A DNA stretch of 33,633 nt from NCBI GenBank assembly GCA_002256025.1, contig NKIB01000328.1:1-33633 (forward strand), read 5' to 3'. A model generated the notes under the pieces. It was not told where the DNA came from. It saw only the letters and a list, made by a program, of their open reading frames with translations, and ran no database searches. The translations under genes were made by a program, and so were the position numbers. Positions 32,445 to 33,633 of the stretch are shown here, in pieces (positions within the stretch are counted from its first letter, which is position 1; every line of letters starts with the position of its first letter). This DNA is from Asterionella formosa (lineage: Eukaryota).

Positions 32445-32666
32445 TTGTGTACCAAGTGCCAGGTAGCTACGTGTCTACGCAGTTATGTATCGTTTGCTCA
32501 CGCACGCAGATCCTAAAATATCACCAGACAAATACATCCACTATTTTTTCTACACTGTCAGCCAGTTCGTTGAGTCAATCCATGTCGGATTGATGACTAT
32601 TCTTGAGCCCTCTCGACTCCTTCTTGTACTTGGGGCACTTCTTTGCAATAAATTCAATAGCGTATA

Positions 32667-33626
32667 ATGGCAATGCGGCTCAACAATGAATCAAAGCGAC
32701 TTAAAATTATTGGATTCCTACTCCTCGTGTTGCTTTCGCCAATCTGCGCTTTTACGTTTGCACCTAACAGACGACATCCGCTCCAGCTAGAATGGCAGCA
32801 ACAAACAACTACCACCCTCCATCTTCAGTGGGAAGATGTTATTTTCAACGTCGAAGCTGCCGCTTCCTCCCTCGCATCCACTTCATTGGACAACGTTTCC
32901 TTTTCAAGTCTCCCCATCATGTACATTGCTGGATTACTGACGGGCGTGTCACCCTGCGTATGGGGACTTTTACCTCTGACCATGTCCTACATTACCACTG
33001 CTGCCGGGGAGCGCAATGACGGTAAAGTTTGGATACCGACCCTCGTTTTTGCGACAGGACTGGCTTCTGTATTCATGACATTTGGAATTGTTGCAGCCAC
33101 AGCAGGCACGTTGTTGGGACCGTCCAATCAACTGGCTATCGTTTCAAATATTATTTGCTTAGCCATGGGCTTTCAACTATTGGAATTAATACAACTCCCT
33201 CTACTCTCCTTGAATACAGTGTTGGCGAAAAAGTCGACGGATGTGACGTTACTGGATGCGTCAGGTAACATTCTTTCCAATCAACCTGCTCCAAGTGGCT
33301 CACTCTTGCGAACCTTTTTTCTCGGGGCATCCTCGGCATTGGTGGCCAGTCCGTGTTCCACCCCAGTGCTTACCAGCATGTTGGCCTTTTGCGCCAAGAC
33401 CCACCATCCTGAGGTAGGAGCAGGATTGTTAGGCATGTATTCGTTGGGCTATTCGACACCACTGTTAGTTGTTGCAGCCACAGGAGGACAATTGCTCACG
33501 AAGGGAAACGCACAACCATGGGTGACCCAAATGACAGGAGCTGTATTGGTATGGATTGGTACAAAAGGAGTTTTGACGGCGGTTTTGGGAGATGCGTCCT
33601 TGGCGGGGCTTGCCATTCTAGAGTAG
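32667..33626 (+). CDS. ccdA: Plastid cytochrome c biogenesis thiol-disulfide transporter CcdA (DsbD beta-domain), 319 aa, single exon
   Basis: The two conserved Cys motifs AGLLTGVSPCVWGLLP and LVASPCSTPVL, plus YSLGY..PLL and multiple TM helices. The signal peptide ends ICA|FTFAP (ASAFAP-type plastid presequence). Confidence 0.93.
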   Translation: MAMRLNNESKRLKIIGFLLLVLLSPICAFTFAPNRRHPLQLEWQQQTTTTLHLQWEDVIFNVEAAASSLASTSLDNVSFSSLPIMYIAGLLTGVSPCVWGLLPLTMSYITTAAGERNDGKVWIPTLVFATGLASVFMTFGIVAATAGTLLGPSNQLAIVSNIICLAMGFQLLELIQLPLLSLNTVLAKKSTDVTLLDASGNILSNQPAPSGSLLRTFFLGASSALVASPCSTPVLTSMLAFCAKTHHPEVGAGLLGMYSLGYSTPLLVVAATGGQLLTKGNAQPWVTQMTGAVLVWIGTKGVLTAVLGDASLAGLAILE

Positions 33627-33633
33627 TCTATTG

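Overview
Eukaryotic nuclear DNA, most likely from a diatom. This is inferred from short GT-AG introns with CTAAC/CTAAT branch points, ASAFAP-type plastid presequences, stand-alone HA-repeat proteins and Copia/Harbinger remnants. Intact-looking genes are a plastid-targeted divergent ThiE/TenI-family protein, tubulin cofactor C (TBCC), two paralogous helicase-associated (HA)-repeat genes facing away from each other, an intronless MPS1/TTK kinase, a Mpv17/PMP22 protein, an unknown protein with an SH3-like N-terminus, and plastid CcdA. Decayed mobile DNA lies between them: a PIF/Harbinger element, a 3.6-kb TIR element with TGATCA-rich subterminal repeats, a Copia gag fragment, a 2-kb TIR element and a shattered long ORF. 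The two most unusual signals are a ~160-bp inverted-repeat pair enclosing a 12.3-kb block with three intact genes, and a palindromic TACC(N)GGTA motif found 16 times, always outside intact coding sequence. All calls were made by eye; no database searches were run.
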